DNA of 64,000 nucleotides, from contig NW_024704742.1 of the NCBI RefSeq assembly GCF_018977255.1, positions 40,240,001 through 40,304,000 on the forward strand, in the 5' to 3' direction. The position numbers and the translations under genes were made by a program. This stretch comes from Callorhinchus milii (Eukaryota). The notes beneath the pieces were generated by a model. The model had not been told where the DNA came from, did no database searches, and saw only the letters and a list, made by a program, of their open reading frames with translations. Every line of letters begins with the position of its first letter. Position 1 is the stretch's first letter. Below are positions 12,623-25,116 of the stretch, piece after piece.

Positions 12623-13229
12623 GCTGTCTGAAGCTCTTCCACAACTGACTGTTCATCCAAATAAAACAGTTCAGTCACAAAAATCACAGCAGGATTTGTG
12701 TAACCCCAGGTATAAATTGGACAGTTTGCAAATCTTTGTACCAGAGGTTCTTTAATAATTAATTCAGCAATTTTACGTGAATAAATATAAGAAACAGTTT
12801 TCATGTGTATCATGCAAAAATCAGACAAAGAATATCCTGCTGACCCGATGGGAATATAACAGTAGAGTGATTATATGTGATGGACTAAACATTTTGTGCT
12901 TAGAACAGAATTACATACTAGGAGTTGCATATAATAGGTATGAATGAGAATGGCTTGATTTATTATAGTTTTATATTGCATCATTTAGTGTACATGTGGT
13001 CAGCTTCAACTATACTGAACCTGTGCCTCTGACTGATCCAGCAATATTATTATGGAACCTGAACTCAGCTAAGTATACCTCTTATGTCATATCCTCTCAT
13101 TTAGCCCTCTGAGAAATAATTGTTGAACTGTTCTGAAGGAAATCCTTTTTATTAATTTATCAAATATTATATATCCTTGTGGACAGTTCATACCTGAAAC
13201 AGGCATTAGCATTGGCATTCATTTCACAA

Positions 13230-13700
13230 GATCAGAAGATACATTTGGATGAAGAAGACCCATTTGATGTCATCCTTCCATTACAGCATCAAGCTGTCTT
13301 TTAAGTGAATCCAGCATTCTAACTTAATGACATTTACTGGAAACCTGATCCATTGATAAATTACCTCTGGGTAAAGAAATACTTCCTGGCGTCTGTCCTG
13401 AAATTGCCTTTTGCAACCAACTGAGCCAACCTGTGGTTTTTAACAATTCCATTACTACAGTATCTATAAAGTTCTCAGGGTCATGTCTCAAAATTTCAGC
13501 CTGGTACTTCCAGTTTGAAATACTTGTTAATAAGGCCTGATTTGCTTTATTTCTTAACAGGATGTCTTAATGGAGAATCCCATTAGAATTTCTGTCATTC
13601 CTACTTGCACTCTTATAAAATTGGTCTTTAGTCTGTTTTGATATCCTAATGTCACAGAGTACAATCGGGATGAATTTTTTTTATGATAAAATTTTCTTTA
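13230..13700 (-). mobile_element. Ancient CR1/L3-like LINE 3' fragment
   Basis: Degenerate antisense CR1 3' features (GAAGAAGACCCATTTG; CTCTGGGTAAAGAAATACTTCCT). Similar relics at about 41620-42030, 43200-43390, 60050-60240 and 61020-61370. Confidence 0.5.
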
Positions 13701-13899
13701 GTTGTGACAACCAGCTATTGTTCTCATAAGGCACAGTATTCACAGTGCACAGTGCATATATTGTATTGTGGTAGGGAGTGAGCCTTTTTTAGTGGTTTGC
13801 GGCCAGCTCTGGTAACTGCTTCCAGAAAGTGTTTGTGTCTGGGTTACATCAGGGCCTTCTGGGATTTTGGCCATGTGGCCAGAGCTTCCACAAGCTGCC

Positions 13900-14291
13900 A
13901 TAATAATATAATAATAATAATGTTCCCTGCATTTGATACAGTGCCTTATCACATCTTCGAGACGTTTCAAAGTGCTTCACAGAATATATTGTAAAGTGAA
14001 TTGATTGTATATTTAGTGGGAGAAATCACGGCAGCCAATTGTGCACAGCAGTGTCCCACAAACAGTCATGGATTGAGTGACCAAGTTATTTTTATTTATT
14101 TATTGAAGGATTTATTACCCCCAGAAAAGGGACCCGCCAATCCACTAACAACTGGGTTCCTACTTATTGCTCGGTAAACATAGGAGTGTGGAGTAAGGAA
14201 ACTTGCCCAACATATCGCCCTGCCAGGAATCAAACCCAGGTCCTCTCACTTGCGAGGCGAGTGCTCTAACCATTAAGCTACAGGACTCCAT
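13900..14291 (-). mobile_element. tRNA-derived SINE, full length, subfamily A
   Basis: Same organisation as 2486-2845, with (TAA)n tail and central GCAATAAGTAGGAACCCAG block. Confidence 0.9.
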
Positions 14292-14757
14292 GGCATAGGT
14301 GGTCAATACATGCTCCTGTCAGACCCATTGTTGGGGTCAGTTCCAGTGTCCCAGCCAGCTAGGAATGGGGACCAAATTTCAGACAATTTCATGCTGATTC
14401 CTGCTTGGTGACAAAATAAATCCTCTCCGTCTCTGCTATTTTTTACGTTGACAGCATGAGAAGGGTTACCTACCACTACCTTAGTGGAAAGCACTGTTCG
14501 TGTGAAATCCAAGAACTTGCTCTTGCTCAGTTTTATATAGAATTAGATATACAATACAGCATGGAAACAGACCACTTGGCTCACCTAGTCCACGTAGTTA
14601 TTTACACTCCACTTGAACCTTCATCCTTCCCTCTCCAATACTCCTCAATTCCCCTCTCTGTCTTACATGCCTGGCTGTCCTTCTCTCATGTGCATGTTTC
14701 TGAGGGATGAAGAGGAAAGGACGCTAATAAAATTGTATTTTACATACTTATCATAGA

Positions 14758-15423
14758 AAGCACCGCTTTCTTCCACCTCCGACACATTGCCCGTCTCCGC
14801 CAATACCTCTTCCCAAAAGCCACTGAAACCCTGGTCCATGACTTTGTCACATCTCGGCTGAACTACTCTAACGCCCTCCTCACCGGTCTCCCATCCACTA
14901 CCATCCATAAAATCCAAATCATTCAAAACTCTGCTGCCCGCATTCTCACCCGCACGAAACTCCACTCCCCGATCACCCCAGTCCTTGCCAGACTGCACTG
15001 GCTGCCAATCCCAGAGAGGATCGACTTCAAGATCCTCACCCTTGTATTCAAGTCCCTGCACTCCTCTGCACCCCCTACCTCTCTGACCTTCTCTCTCCTC
15101 AAAACAGTAGCCGTTGCCTTTGTTCCTCCAGGTCTGGCCTCCTCCTCGTCCCCCGAGTCCTCCGCTCCACCCTCGGCGGCCGTGCCTTCAGCCACTGTGC
15201 CCCGAGGCTCTGGAACTGCCTTCCTTCGCCTCGCTCCCTCCCTTCCCATTTTCAGGTCTCTGCTGAAGACCTTACTTTTCGACCGTGCCTTTGGTCACCT
15301 TTATTATTATTATTATTATTCCTCCCCCTCCCCCTGGCTCGGTCCCGGGATCCATTACTGTAAAGCGCTCTGAGACGCCGTCCGGCGTGGAGGGCGCTAT
15401 ATAAATCCAAGTTTTTGTTGTTG
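14758..15423 (+). mobile_element. L2 LINE, 5'-truncated (ORF2 C-terminus and 3' UTR)
   Basis: Translates to [12 protein letters not shown]...IQNSAARIL...[15 protein letters not shown]; ends GGGCGCTATATAAATCCAAG(TTG)n; (TTA)n at 15301-15320. Confidence 0.92.
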
Positions 15424-15976
15424 GTTTAGGTTTAATAATATAGTAATAAAACTATCCTATGTTTGAACACTTGCTTAATGTAATACTATATTGCTGCTTT
15501 TTTTCAACATCAGACTGTGTGAGCTGCAAACATACAGAACTGGGTTGAGTTGAGAGAGGAATTTTGGTGTACCTGTTAGCAGCCGAGAATTTACACAAAA
15601 CAGTGACGTTAAAAATGATGCATCAAAAATGATCCCAGAAATTCTGGGACAGATATTATGGGAACAATTTTGCAGAATATCTTAATTGAAAAGTCGAAGT
15701 GGGTTTCCTTCGGGTAACAGTAGATACGTGACAAACCTCAAGAAAACGCTGCTTCCAAACTAAGACTGTTTTTACGATTGTTTACAAATTTTAGGACTGC
15801 TTACAAATTTACAACTGTTTTTGAAAATTCTACACAATTGCAAATTTTGTGACAATAGTCCTAAGAACAACAACAACTTGCCACCAGAGTTTTGGATGAG
15901 CTATATTGGTATATAGCTATATAGGAAGAAAGGTCAAGTGTAGACATTGGAGAAAGTTATAAGCGATGGGGAAGAT

Positions 15977-16277
15977 GCACCTTATCGCGTCATTGAGATG
16001 ACTCAAAGCGCTTCACAAAATATATTATAAAATATGTATTTTGTGGGTGAAATGTGGCAGCCAATTGCGAAGTTGAGAGTCCAAATTTTTTTNGAAGGCA
16101 TTATTACCCCTGGAATGCGATCCGCCAATTGACTAACAATCAAGTTCCTACTTACTGCTAAGTAAACATGCGTATGGAAGAAGGAAACTGGCCTAAGGTT
16201 TCTCCCTGCCCTGGATTCGAACCCGGGTTCTCTCGCTTGTGAGACGAGTGCTCTAAATAATGCGCTACGAGACTACG
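15977..16277 (-). mobile_element. tRNA-derived SINE, subfamily A, tail disrupted
   Basis: B box GGTTCGAATCC and central block present; contains an ambiguous base (n) at 16093. Confidence 0.85.
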
Positions 16278-17036
16278 ATGTGACAATCTGTGCACTCGCT
16301 TTACCTAAAAGCTGTTTTAGAAAAAGGCTTTTTCAATAGTCACCAAAATAATAATTTATGCTTCTAAAGTAGCTAATGAGTCAATAAAGTAAAACACTGT
16401 AGTGCAGAATTCTTGGAGGAAATGGCTCAGAGCAATGTTCGAAAAAGCAGTTCTTGAGAATTCTCTTTAAAGGCTACATTCACAGCAGCAGAATCATGTT
16501 TGAAGGTGGAAGGCAGCCTTCAAGATGAACAGGGTGGGTCGCAAGCATTAAGTGCTGGAAAACGGCAGTGCTGTCTCAACAATTTGGAGGCTTGTCAAGA
16601 GATATATAATCATCTGCATGAGGTGAAGAAAAACATTTATATTGGTGTAATTTAGGAAGAAAATTCATGTGTAGACATTGGAGAAAGGAAAGTTATAAGT
16701 GACGGGTGCAAAAGAGCTATACTTGCTAGAATATTAGCAATAAGGTAGAAAACAAGGTAATTAATGTCAAAAGAGAAGGATTATGTAAATTACAATGAAC
16801 ATGCATGGGGGAGAGTTAACATATTATAGGAAGGATTTCCATAGATCAAGTCAAGTCCATATCAGAGATTCCTTTTGATTGAGTGACCTTTGCGGCTCAT
16901 TTTCTAATGCCTGCTACATTTTAAGAAGAAACTGAGTCATGTCTGGTACCAAAAGGGTGAGAAACATTTGTGTTGATATCAACAGGTGGTGGATCCCAGA
17001 GGCCAAGCAACTCAACAACAATTTGCACGTATATAG

Positions 17037-18615
17037 TGTAGGATTCTGTAATTTATGTGTTAATAATATCTTAGATTATATTTGCGATGTATATGTGTAT
17101 ATACATATATTTGAAACATATCAATCTCATATGAGGGGAGCTGGTTATGACTAGCTTCTAAGAAGATCCTTGCTCAAGGAGGAGAAACAAAAGACTGTTT
17201 ATAAACACCAAACTGTTTGCATTCTTTACCAGTCATTTTCTCATGGAAAAATGGTCTGCAGCTGGAGAGAACTGTGTTGCATTTGTTTTTACAAAGGAAC
17301 CATCTTGCAAAAAGGAATAGTGAAAGGTCACCTAACCACTAACTGACCTTAACTAGGTGGGAGAGTAAGCTCTGAGGATGATGCAAAAAGATTGCAACGG
17401 GATATAGATAAGCTAGGGGAGTGGGCGAGTAGGTGGCAGATGGAATTTAATGTGGGGAAGTGTGAAGTTATTCACCTAGGTAGAAAAAATAGAAAAACAG
17501 GTTATTTTCTAGAGGGGGAGAGATTAGATAGTGTTAGTGTTCAGAGGGATTTGGGTGTCCTTGTACACCAGTCTCAAAAATTTAGTTTGCAGGTGCAGCA
17601 AGCAACTAAGAAGGCGAACGGCACGTTAGCGTTCATTGCAAAAGGTTTAGAGTACAAGAGTAGGGAAGTCTTGCTGCAACTGTATAGGGCTTTGGTGAGA
17701 CCGCACCTAGAGTATTGTGTGCAGTTTTGGTCTCCTTATTTAAAAAAGGACATACTTGCTTGAGAGGGGGTGCAGCGTAGTTCCTGGGATAAGGGGACTG
17801 ACCTATGAGGATAGGCTGAATAAACTAGGGCTGTGTTCTCTAGAGTACAGAAGAATTAGGGGAGATCTTATTGAAACATATAAGATTCTTAAAGGGCTGA
17901 TAAAGTAGACACTGAGGGTCTGTTTCCCCGGTAGGAGAATCTATAACCAGGGGTCACAGTCTTAAAATTAAGGGTCACCCTTTTAGAACAGAGTTGAGGA
18001 AACATTTCTTCACTCAGAGGGTAGTAAATTTATGGAATTTATGGAATTCACTACCCCAGAAGGCTGTAGATGCTCAGTTCTTGAATATCTTCAAGGCTGA
18101 GACTGATAGATTTTTTTAAAAATAGAGGGATTAGGGGATATGGGGATAGGGCAGGTAATTAGAGTTAGGTCTGAAAATCAGCCATGATCTTATCAAATGG
18201 CGGGGCACAGGCTCAAGAGGCCGAATGGCCTACTTCTGCTCCTAATTCTTATGTTCTTATGTTGCCATTAACAGAATTGGACATGCCATGATACCTGAAT
18301 ACATTCGAGTGAACTAACTGAGAAGCATACAACCATACTTGGATACCTTTGGAGGGATATATATATATTTGGATTAAAAAGGACACACTAAAATGGACAT
18401 TAAATTGGACATTGCTACTCTATCTCTTCCGCAGCATTTGGTTAGATCAACTTAAATCGTTGTGAACTGTACATGGATACGTAAGCATTATTATGAAGTA
18501 TTCTTTAATTATTTATAACTATTACTAATCTGAATTAATAAACATCTGTATTTTGTATAACATTTTGTTAGTCCTTACTTCACTGCAGGGTCACAAATTT
18601 AAACTAACCCTTACA
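17037..18615 (+). mobile_element. Solo LTR (about 0.67 kb once the nested CR1 is removed)
   Basis: TGTAGG...CCTTACA termini; 4-bp flanks ATAG/TTAG; (TA)n near 18357-18368; AATAAA at 18537-18542; removing it restores an L2 tail TATATAG|TGCCCTTCATG. Confidence 0.75.
17351..18263 (+). mobile_element. CR1 LINE, 5'-truncated (RT C-terminus and 3' UTR)
   Basis: ORF 17392-17763 LQRDIDKLGEWASRWQMEFNVGKCEVIHLG...LYRALVRPHLEYCVQFWSP; 3' end GGCCGAATGGCCTACTTCTGCTCCT with a (TTCTTATG)2 tail; frameshift or stop at about 17761. Confidence 0.95.
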
Positions 18616-19093
18616 TTAGTGCCCTTCATGGAGGGCAGCGTCCTGCAGAACTCAAGGCACGAGAGGAGATAATAGATGATTCATTTAAAAGCAAAGGATT
18701 AGAAAAGAGCAAACCTTAGTGAAAAGCACTAAATTGTTCAGAAATAATAACAATAATAATGATAATAATCCTTGCATTTAATATAGCGCCTTATTACATC
18801 GTCGAAACATCTCAAAGCGCTCCGCAGCATATACTGTAAAATTAATTGATTGCATATTTTGTGGAACTTTTAAAATTAAACATTATACGTACATAAATGT
18901 AGTAAATATAATGCATAAGCTTCAGCTGTGTCTAGGAAGTTTAACAACACAAAATCAGTGCCTGGATGGAGATTTGTCTATTTGTACATATAATGCTCCA
19001 TCTGCTCCCTTCACAGAGGAAGGGAAATTCAATGGAGTGTTTTGCTGTACCACAGGATCACACCAGAGAACAGATCTTCAGCACCCAGACTTG

Positions 19094-19340
19094 GTGTCAG
19101 TTTGGCTCACGTGGCAGCAATTTTGCACCTGAGTTAAAAGGATGTGGATTCAAGACCCCAATTCCTCCTTCAGGACTTGAGGTTACGATGTAGACAGTAA
19201 TGGGGAAGTGCTCCCTTGTCAGATGTGCCATACTTCAGATGAGAAGTTAAACCGAGCTCCCATCTGCTTGTTCAGTTGGCTGTTAAAAAATCTTGTGACA
19301 TGATTCAAAAAGAGAACAAAGTTCTCCTTATGTGCTGGCC
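19094..19340 (+). mobile_element. Deu-domain SINE, 5' portion
   Basis: GTGTCAGTTTGGCTCA head and CTTCAGATGAGAAGTTAAACCGAG core. Further relics at about 28500-28748(-), 47000-47205(-) and 50880-51095(+). Confidence 0.75.
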
Positions 19341-20510
19341 TGAGACAGTCTCGATTTCTGAAGCATTTGTTGTTTACAAATCCTTTTTGCAAATCCCCAA
19401 TATCAGTAAGGTTAGTAACCATAGAAAGGGTGAATCAGTCCGTTTTTTTAAAAAAATAAATAAAACAACATTCATTTAAATCAATAGGGCCCAGGGTTGG
19501 GGTTGTTCTACAGAAAGACATGCAGAAATTGTTGTTCCATCATTGTCTCATCTGTCACTTCAAATAAGTGAAACCTGATAGCTCAATTTGGTGCTATCTT
19601 TTTTATGTATATTAGATAAAATATGCTTAGAACATGTCAACATTTGGCATTTGTTCTTACAGATATTATGAGCCAGCATGCATTAAGGGGATGTGGGTAA
19701 TTCCTTATTATCAGTGTTCAAAAATGTTCAAGCAAAGTCTATAGCCATAATAAATTGCATGTAGCTGTCAGATTAGGATGCAATGAGATCTAGCTGGTAA
19801 CTGTTTGAAGTAACTATATACGTACCTACACTAAAGTCTCCTGGGATGTACTATACAACCAGCGATTCAAATCTAATAACATAATTCTATCCAAGGTGCT
19901 CTAGGTTCTGCTCCCTTAGCATATTTCATACTTGCCAGTAACATTGGATCTGTAAGTCTTGTAATTCTTCATGGTTTTGACATTGATTTATTTTGAAGGC
20001 TTGTACCTAGAGAGCTAAATTCCTTAGAATGTACAATTTTCTATTATATACGTATGATAGCTTATCAAACAGATTTAAAAAAAAGCTTCCCACATAATCT
20101 GGAAACCTATTATTTAAAGGAATATAAGGAATGAGTTGATGAAATTTTAAAAATATTGTAAAGGGCAACTTTTGCTAATACAATAAATTTGCAATAAGTT
20201 ACTTCCATTTGCTTTTTAATGATTTGAAACAGTCATGTTAATGGTTTTCTACTGTTCCTTCAATGTATTTGTGTATTTAAATAGTGATGTTGGTTTCAAG
20301 TTTAATGTTACAATATCAATTTAATTCTAGAGAATTGGATATTATCATAAAATTACTGGGTGCTCGAACACATTTAGAATGTTAATATGGTGAGCAAGTT
20401 TCTCTGGATGTCTTTACTCTCTTTCTCGCACGCTCTTTCTCTGTGACAAAAACATTTATGAATGCAAAAAAATCCTCTTTTATTGCCATTTCATTCTTTG
20501 TATTTCTTGG

Positions 20511-21871
20511 TCTCCAATCGGGTTTCCGTGCTGCCCACAGCATGGAAACTGCTCTGGTCAAGGTCACAAATGACATCCTGACCATGTGTGACCAGGGCTC
20601 CCTCTGCCTCCTCGTCCTCCTCGACCTCTCTGCCGCCTTTGACACCGTGGACCACTCAATCCTCCTCCACCACCTCTCCTCCTACCTCAACCTTCAAGGT
20701 TCTGTCCTTGACTGGTTCAGGTCCTACCTTTCACACCGCCTCCACTTCGTCGCGGCAAACGGCTTCTCCTCCAGTCCCCGCTCCGTCTCGTGCAGTGTTC
20801 CTCAGGGCTCTGTCCTCGGTCCCCTCCTCTTCACCCTCTACATGCTCCCCATTGGTGGCATCATCTGCAGACATGGGGTAAATTTCTACATGTATGCGGA
20901 TGTCACCCAACTCTACCTCTCTGCCTCCACCCTGAACTCCAGGACTACTGACGTCCTGACCGACTGCCTGTCCGACATCAAGTCCTGGACGAGGGACAAC
21001 TTTCTCCAACTCAACGTCAGCAAGACCGAGGCCCTCCTGATTGGCTCGTGCCAGCGTCTCTGCACCTCAGGCGCTGGCAGCATCAGCCTCCATGGCTGCA
21101 CACTCAACCTCACTAAACCAGTCAGGAACTTGGGTATCTTGTTCGGTCCTGAACTGTCCTTTCTCCCCCACATCCGCGCCATGACCAGCACTGCCTACCA
21201 CCACCTCCACAACATTGCCAGACTCCGCCACTGCCTCACCCCTCAGGCTGCCAAAACCCTCACCCACGCATTTGTTACATCAAGGCTTGACTACTGGAAC
21301 TCCCTCCTCATCGGCCTTCCCAACTCTTCCCTTCACAAGCTGCAGATCATCCAAAACTCTGCAGCTCGTGTACTCTCACGCACCAGGCTCCGCGACTCCA
21401 TCACTCCCACCCTCGCCCGACTCCACTGGCTCCCCATCCCCCAAAGGATCGAGCTCAAGATTCTCGTCCTCACCTTTAAGGCCATCCATGGCCTTGCCCC
21501 CTCCTACCTCTCTGACCTGCTGACTCCCTACCAACTTGCCCGCTCCCTCTGTTCAGCGGGCTCCGGCCTGCTCCATGTCGCCCTCCCGACCTGCTCTACC
21601 ATCGTTGGCCAGGCTTTCAGCCTCTCTGCCCCCACACTCTGGAACTCCATCCCACGATCCCTTCATCTCGCTTCCTCCCTTGCCTCCTTCAAGGCCGGTC
21701 TCAAGACCCTTCTCGTCGACCATGTCTTTGGTCTCCCTCCCACCTCTCTGCCTTCCCTCCCCCCTACCCCACCCCTCCCCCATGCTCAGGCCCCAACACC
21801 TGACTATTCAGCGCTTTGGGACGTCCTCCCATTGTGAAAGACGCTCTATAAATGTAATTTTGTTGTTGTTG
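20511..21871 (+). mobile_element. L2 LINE, 5'-truncated, about 1.36 kb
   Basis: RT motifs [36 protein letters not shown]; 3' UTR GCGCTTTGGGACGTCCTCCC with (TTG)n tail; possible TSD TTGTATTTCT/TTGTCTTTCT. Confidence 0.97.
20512..21837 (+). pseudogene. L2 ORF2 reverse transcriptase remnant (open frame, YADD changed to YADV, no endonuclease or start)
   Basis: Part of ORF 20443-21837; the first ~23 residues come from flanking DNA; the catalytic motif reads MYADVTQ. Confidence 0.9.
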
Positions 21872-22419
21872 TCTTTCTCTTGTTCTTGCAAAATTTTTCC
21901 CGTTTTCTTTTCATTCCTATTTTTCCATTATTCTTTGTTTATGACATTTGAAAACATGTTCCTCGCAATAGTTATCGCAAGGAATGTGTCAGTCAAACAC
22001 TACAGAAATTATCACTCTGTCTTTTCGTTTCTGCTCTTTCTTGCTCTCTTTTTAGTTTTTTTTGTTTTACTCTGTACTTCCACATCTCCTGAGGTCTTAA
22101 GCTGAAGACCAGTTTTAAAATGTTGGAGAAAAATGTTGGAAAATTCTTAAATTCAGTCTTAATTTGGACATCACTTTTCCACAATCCTTTTCCAGAACCC
22201 CACAAACAGTTGTGTTGGCTGAATTTAAGACTGTTCCAAATTTTTGCCTGATTTGCACGTTATGACATTGAAGGTTGCAACCATGCTCAATTTCAGGTCA
22301 TTAGTTCTGTGCTCTCTCCTTTCCCCCCACTGTTTTGTGTCTGCTGAAGGCACTGTTTTATGCTTAGGTGCAGTTCTCTTAGATCACTGGTGGGCCTCTA
22401 AGTATCTTCTTCGCATATA

Positions 22420-22700
22420 CGTGTGAGCAGTGAGTGTTGGCTGACATTTCAAGCTGAACCAATCCTGTTCTCACCCAATATGCACATCCAGCTTGGAATA
22501 ATAATAATGATCTGTCCTGGGAAACATTGCTGATTTCTTTCCTTCCTTAAGGAAGAGGTATTAAGGCCTTTTTGTAGTCCATACATCACTATCTTATCTG
22601 AGATTAGTTAAATCAGCACAGACTAAAAAATTAACCTGGCTCAGTGCCAATATAAACCTTATACAGTACTTGGTTATACAGTGAGTCATTTGAGAAACTA
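22420..22700 (-). mobile_element. Ancient SINE-like repeat (third family)
   Basis: Mutual similarity among about 810-950(-), 3000-3125(+), 22420-22700(-), 38100-38300(-), 47280-47370(-) and 55295-55460(-) (AAAATCAGCCAG, GTGAGGA.AGGAT, GTCAGCACCTTC motifs). Confidence 0.5.
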
Positions 22701-23434
22701 TACTGTTGCTTTTTTATCCACCAGCTCTATCCTCCTTGGGAGAAGGTAGGGAGATCAGGGTCTGCCCCGGAGTAAGGCTGGTTCCATGCCTGCTTAAAAT
22801 GAGAATGAAAATGACCCAATTTTCAGTGTTGGATTAAGTAATCTGTTCCCTGAGACAGGCAGGTTCGCTGTACTCTGAAGCCTACTTGTCACTTGCAGAC
22901 AAGATGGGATTCTTCCCATTTGACTACTGATTAACCCGGAAAGGCAATGCTTTAACTGGTACAGTATTCCTACCTGGACATGCTGCAGAAAACGTATTAG
23001 TTCTTTCTGGTGTGTAGTGGCATAGTTCAATTCCAATAGTCTGTTCAATTCCAGTAGTCCAACACTGTGCATTATTGGGCATCTGATACATTCTAATACA
23101 TAACTTGTGCATAACTTGTCTGGCTAAAGGCAAGTTGAAAACTAGCAAGAAGGAAATCTGCTGAGTTCTGGCTGTAAATAGAGGCACACGAGTACAATTT
23201 CATTCATAGTACCAAAGAATGTAATTATGCCATTAAATTATGCTTGTGTTTACTTACCACTTCTTGCTGTTTACAGCTGTCAATGAATGGAGTTCACCAC
23301 AACTTGACGATGACAGTTAAAACAGATTGCAAATCATTCTGGAATAGTCAGGAGCCACATCTAGTTATGTCAACAGATAGCCCCAAGAAGCAAAGAGCTG
23401 CTTAGTATGTGAGCTTTCAAGTAGAACATGTCTC

Positions 23435-23701
23435 ATTTCCTAGGCAACACTCTCAGCACATTCAATGCAAACACTTCAATATACTGTGAAAATAAATTGC
23501 GTGTGAAGCATTTTGCATGAATCCCAGTAAATCACGTTAAACGTCGCAGCAAATGTTCACAAAAATATATAAAAAGAGCTGTGGTTATCAATTGCTTTTT
23601 AAATGTCATTGGTATACTTCAGACTTAATCTGCTTCAAATTGACTCAGGCGCTTAACAAATTTTCAGCTGTGAACGTATGGGAAGTTGTCACCATGGAAA
23701 C
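23435..23701. promoter_or_regulatory. Candidate enhancer: two RFX X-boxes plus an AP-1 site
   Basis: ATTTCCTAGGCAAC 23435-23448, TGACTCA 23641-23647 and GTCACCATGGAAAC 23688-23701 in repeat-free DNA. Confidence 0.4.
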
Positions 23702-24037
23702 AGTGCTCTGGAGTTTGGATACGGAGGAAACGATCACTACAGAAAGTTAGGTCTGGCCCGCAGTGCTGAGAGGCTCTCGAACATTGGAGGCTATTGTCAT
23801 CCTGCTAGTAAATTTACTGATCTTTGGTAATTAAGGCATTAATTTATTCTCCCCTTGTTACCAATCTTACACTTGTGGGAATTCCCATTAGAAGAGGTCA
23901 CTGCTAAGGATCACCTTTACTGACGGATACAGAAAAATACAGGTTTGTCACCAAGCTTTGGTAAATATACTCATAAATGGAGAATAAACGCATAATACAT
24001 CACAGAGAACAGAATCGCTCGCACTTAAACACACAAT

Positions 24038-24130
24038 GGCCTGAAGTTGTGATGCTTCATTACGCATTACTTGTATCAACTAACACATAATATCACAAGT
24101 AATGTTATGAAACATCGTTAATTTAGGCCC
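24038..24130. mobile_element. Short hairpin MITE-like element
   Basis: Arms GGCCTGAAGTTGTGATGCTTCATTACGCATTACTTGT and ACAAGTAATGTTATGAAACATCGTTAATTTAGGCC are imperfect reverse complements. Confidence 0.65.
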
Positions 24131-24639
24131 AAATATTTTATGATTTTGATATTTCTAATTCTGATGTATGGGAGATAAAACTGACACATGTGACCTACCT
24201 TCACAGACCTTGTTGTGATGATAGAGTGTTGATCTAGGTACTACGTAGTGTTGATCGTATTGCTAGAATTTGCCTCGGTCACATTGAGCTGTGTTGCTAA
24301 TCGACAGAAATATATATTTCTTACATTTAAATGGCATGTTAGAACCAAAGAATCAAGTCACGTCTGCTAAAGCAGTAAGTAGCTTCATTGGAGATTAGAA
24401 AGTTAGAATAATGCAAGACTCTGTGAGAGAAGAATATTGTTTGTCTATTAAAATTCTTCTCACCTGATCAATTTCCCCGAGGTCTTCCCAGATTTAATCT
24501 AATTTCAGTGTTAAATTCAGAAGACTTATTTCGGACTTGCTTTCAATAATGAATTCCTCCATCTGTAAGCAGGATAGCTTTTCAAAATTATGTTTCTCAC
24601 TAAGGTCACATTGTGCAATGATTAAAACAAGACAACACA

Positions 24640-25115
24640 CTCCTCACCAGTCTCCCCAGGTCCACCATTCACAAAGTCCAACTGATTCAAAACCACCACT
24701 CATATCCTCACCCTCACCAACTCCGTGGTATTACCACAGTCTGTGCCAGGCTTCATTAGCTCGCTGCCACAGAATGGATCGAGTTCAAGATGCTCACATA
24801 CACCTACAAATCACTTCATCTGCTATTACTTCCCTACACACACCCTTCGCTCAGCCAATTGGATATTCTTTGTGTCCCCCGACCTCTCCACTCCACCATC
24901 GACAGCCATGTCTTCAGCCACTACATCACGAACTTATAGAACTTCTTGCCTCAATCCCTCCGCCTTCCCTTTCTACCCATTTTTAGTAGAGGGGCAAAGC
25001 ACCTTAAGATTTTCCTCTTTGACTGTGCTTACAGTCACCTCCCCTTTCTCCCTGGCTCAGTGTCCATCTCTGCTATTGTTCAGCGGTCTAAAGCTCTACC
25101 TCACGTGAAGGTGTT
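24640..25115 (+). mobile_element. Degenerate L2 3' fragment
   Basis: Eroded antecedent of LHWLP.QN..EFK.L and IGDRAFS-type segments and 3' UTR CCTCACGTGAAGG. Confidence 0.7.
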
Positions 25116-25116
25116 T

